Shown: positions 48,857 through 49,030 of the stretch, one piece after another
How the letters are laid out: every line of letters begins with the position of its first letter
Position numbering within the stretch: position 1 is the first letter of the stretch
Source: Acidobacteriaceae bacterium
Lineage (GTDB): Bacteria; Acidobacteriota; Terriglobia; Terriglobales; Acidobacteriaceae
Length of the DNA stretch: 49,030 nt
Reading direction: 5' to 3'
NCBI GenBank assembly: GCA_035567995.1
Contig: DATMOZ010000161.1
Coordinates: 1 to 49,030 of the forward strand
Translations under genes and position numbers: made by a program
Notes under the pieces: model-generated
Told to the model about the DNA's origin: nothing
Databases searched by the model: none
The model's input: only the letters and a program-made list of their open reading frames with translations

Positions 48857-49030
48857 TCATACAACTGTTCCCTCGTCGACAGGTCCTGAAACCAATGGGG
48901 CGAAGCTCGCTGTCTCTGCCGAATAGGCGAGCAAGTCGCCAGTATCGATGTCGAAATACCAACCGTGAAGTGCGAGCGTGTTCTTATCGACACGTTCTTG
49001 GATCCACGGAAACGACAGCAGATTGTCCAG
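48857..49030 (-). CDS. Beta-class carbonic anhydrase, C-terminal fragment (5' end outside the window)
   Basis: Not in the ORF track because it contains no Met. Hand translation of the minus strand from 49030 gives LDNLLSFPWIQERVDKNTLALHGWYFDIDTGDLLAY...EGTVV*. The L.LHGW.FDI.TG.L tail is typical of beta-CA. Confidence 0.65.
   Translation of the reverse strand: MDNLLSFPWIQERVDKNTLALHGWYFDIDTGDLLAYSAETASFAPLVSGPVDEGTVV

Overview
This is a dense, GC-rich (judged by eye, not computed) core-genome window with no rRNA, tRNA, CRISPR array, transposase, integrase or obvious defence or toxin genes. Gene content and style suggest an Acidobacteriota/Terriglobia-like genome: a signal-peptide-bearing ATP synthase c subunit, a fused LptF-LptG, atpZ, and GC-rich REP-like hairpins. 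That assignment is inference only.

Gene order along the window:
- The 3' end of coxB, then coxA, coxC and a tiny CxxC membrane ORF (aa3-type cytochrome c oxidase).
- A thiS-like gene and a hypothetical gene on the minus strand.
- A long translationally coupled Complex I cluster: nuoA-C-D-(orf)-E-F-G-(GyrI-like orf)-H-J-K-L-M-N.
- A convergent ABC ATPase and permease pair.
- A partial F-type ATP synthase operon (atpZ, atpI-like, atpB, atpE) ending in a terminator.
- lysS, an Rrf2 regulator, a YmdB-like phosphoesterase and a secreted TPR protein.
- metY-metX with a structured leader, divergent from smc.
- purC, cvpA, a Fis-type HTH protein and a secretin.
- ftsB and a phosphoglucomutase/phosphomannomutase (PGM/PMM) gene on the minus strand.
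- cutA, bioY, an MqnA/MqnD-family gene, an acyl-CoA desaturase and a secreted alpha/beta hydrolase.
- A fused lptFG, an MsbA-like ABC exporter, yjbQ, a small TPR protein, and the 3' end of a beta-carbonic anhydrase on the minus strand.

I found no convincing self-contained novel multi-gene system. The points most worth a second look are:
1. The nuo cluster lacks nuoB and nuoI.
2. The nuo cluster carries two extra coupled ORFs exactly flanking the nuoEFG module.
3. The metY-metX leader has a terminator/antiterminator arrangement and a Met/Cys-rich upstream ORF, and does not match the SAM-I riboswitch core as I remember it.
4. Several smaller oddities: a CxxC mini-protein coupled to coxC, a ThiS with one residue after GGG, an inverted DnaA-box pair upstream of smc, an orphan secretin, and a REP-like hairpin cluster.
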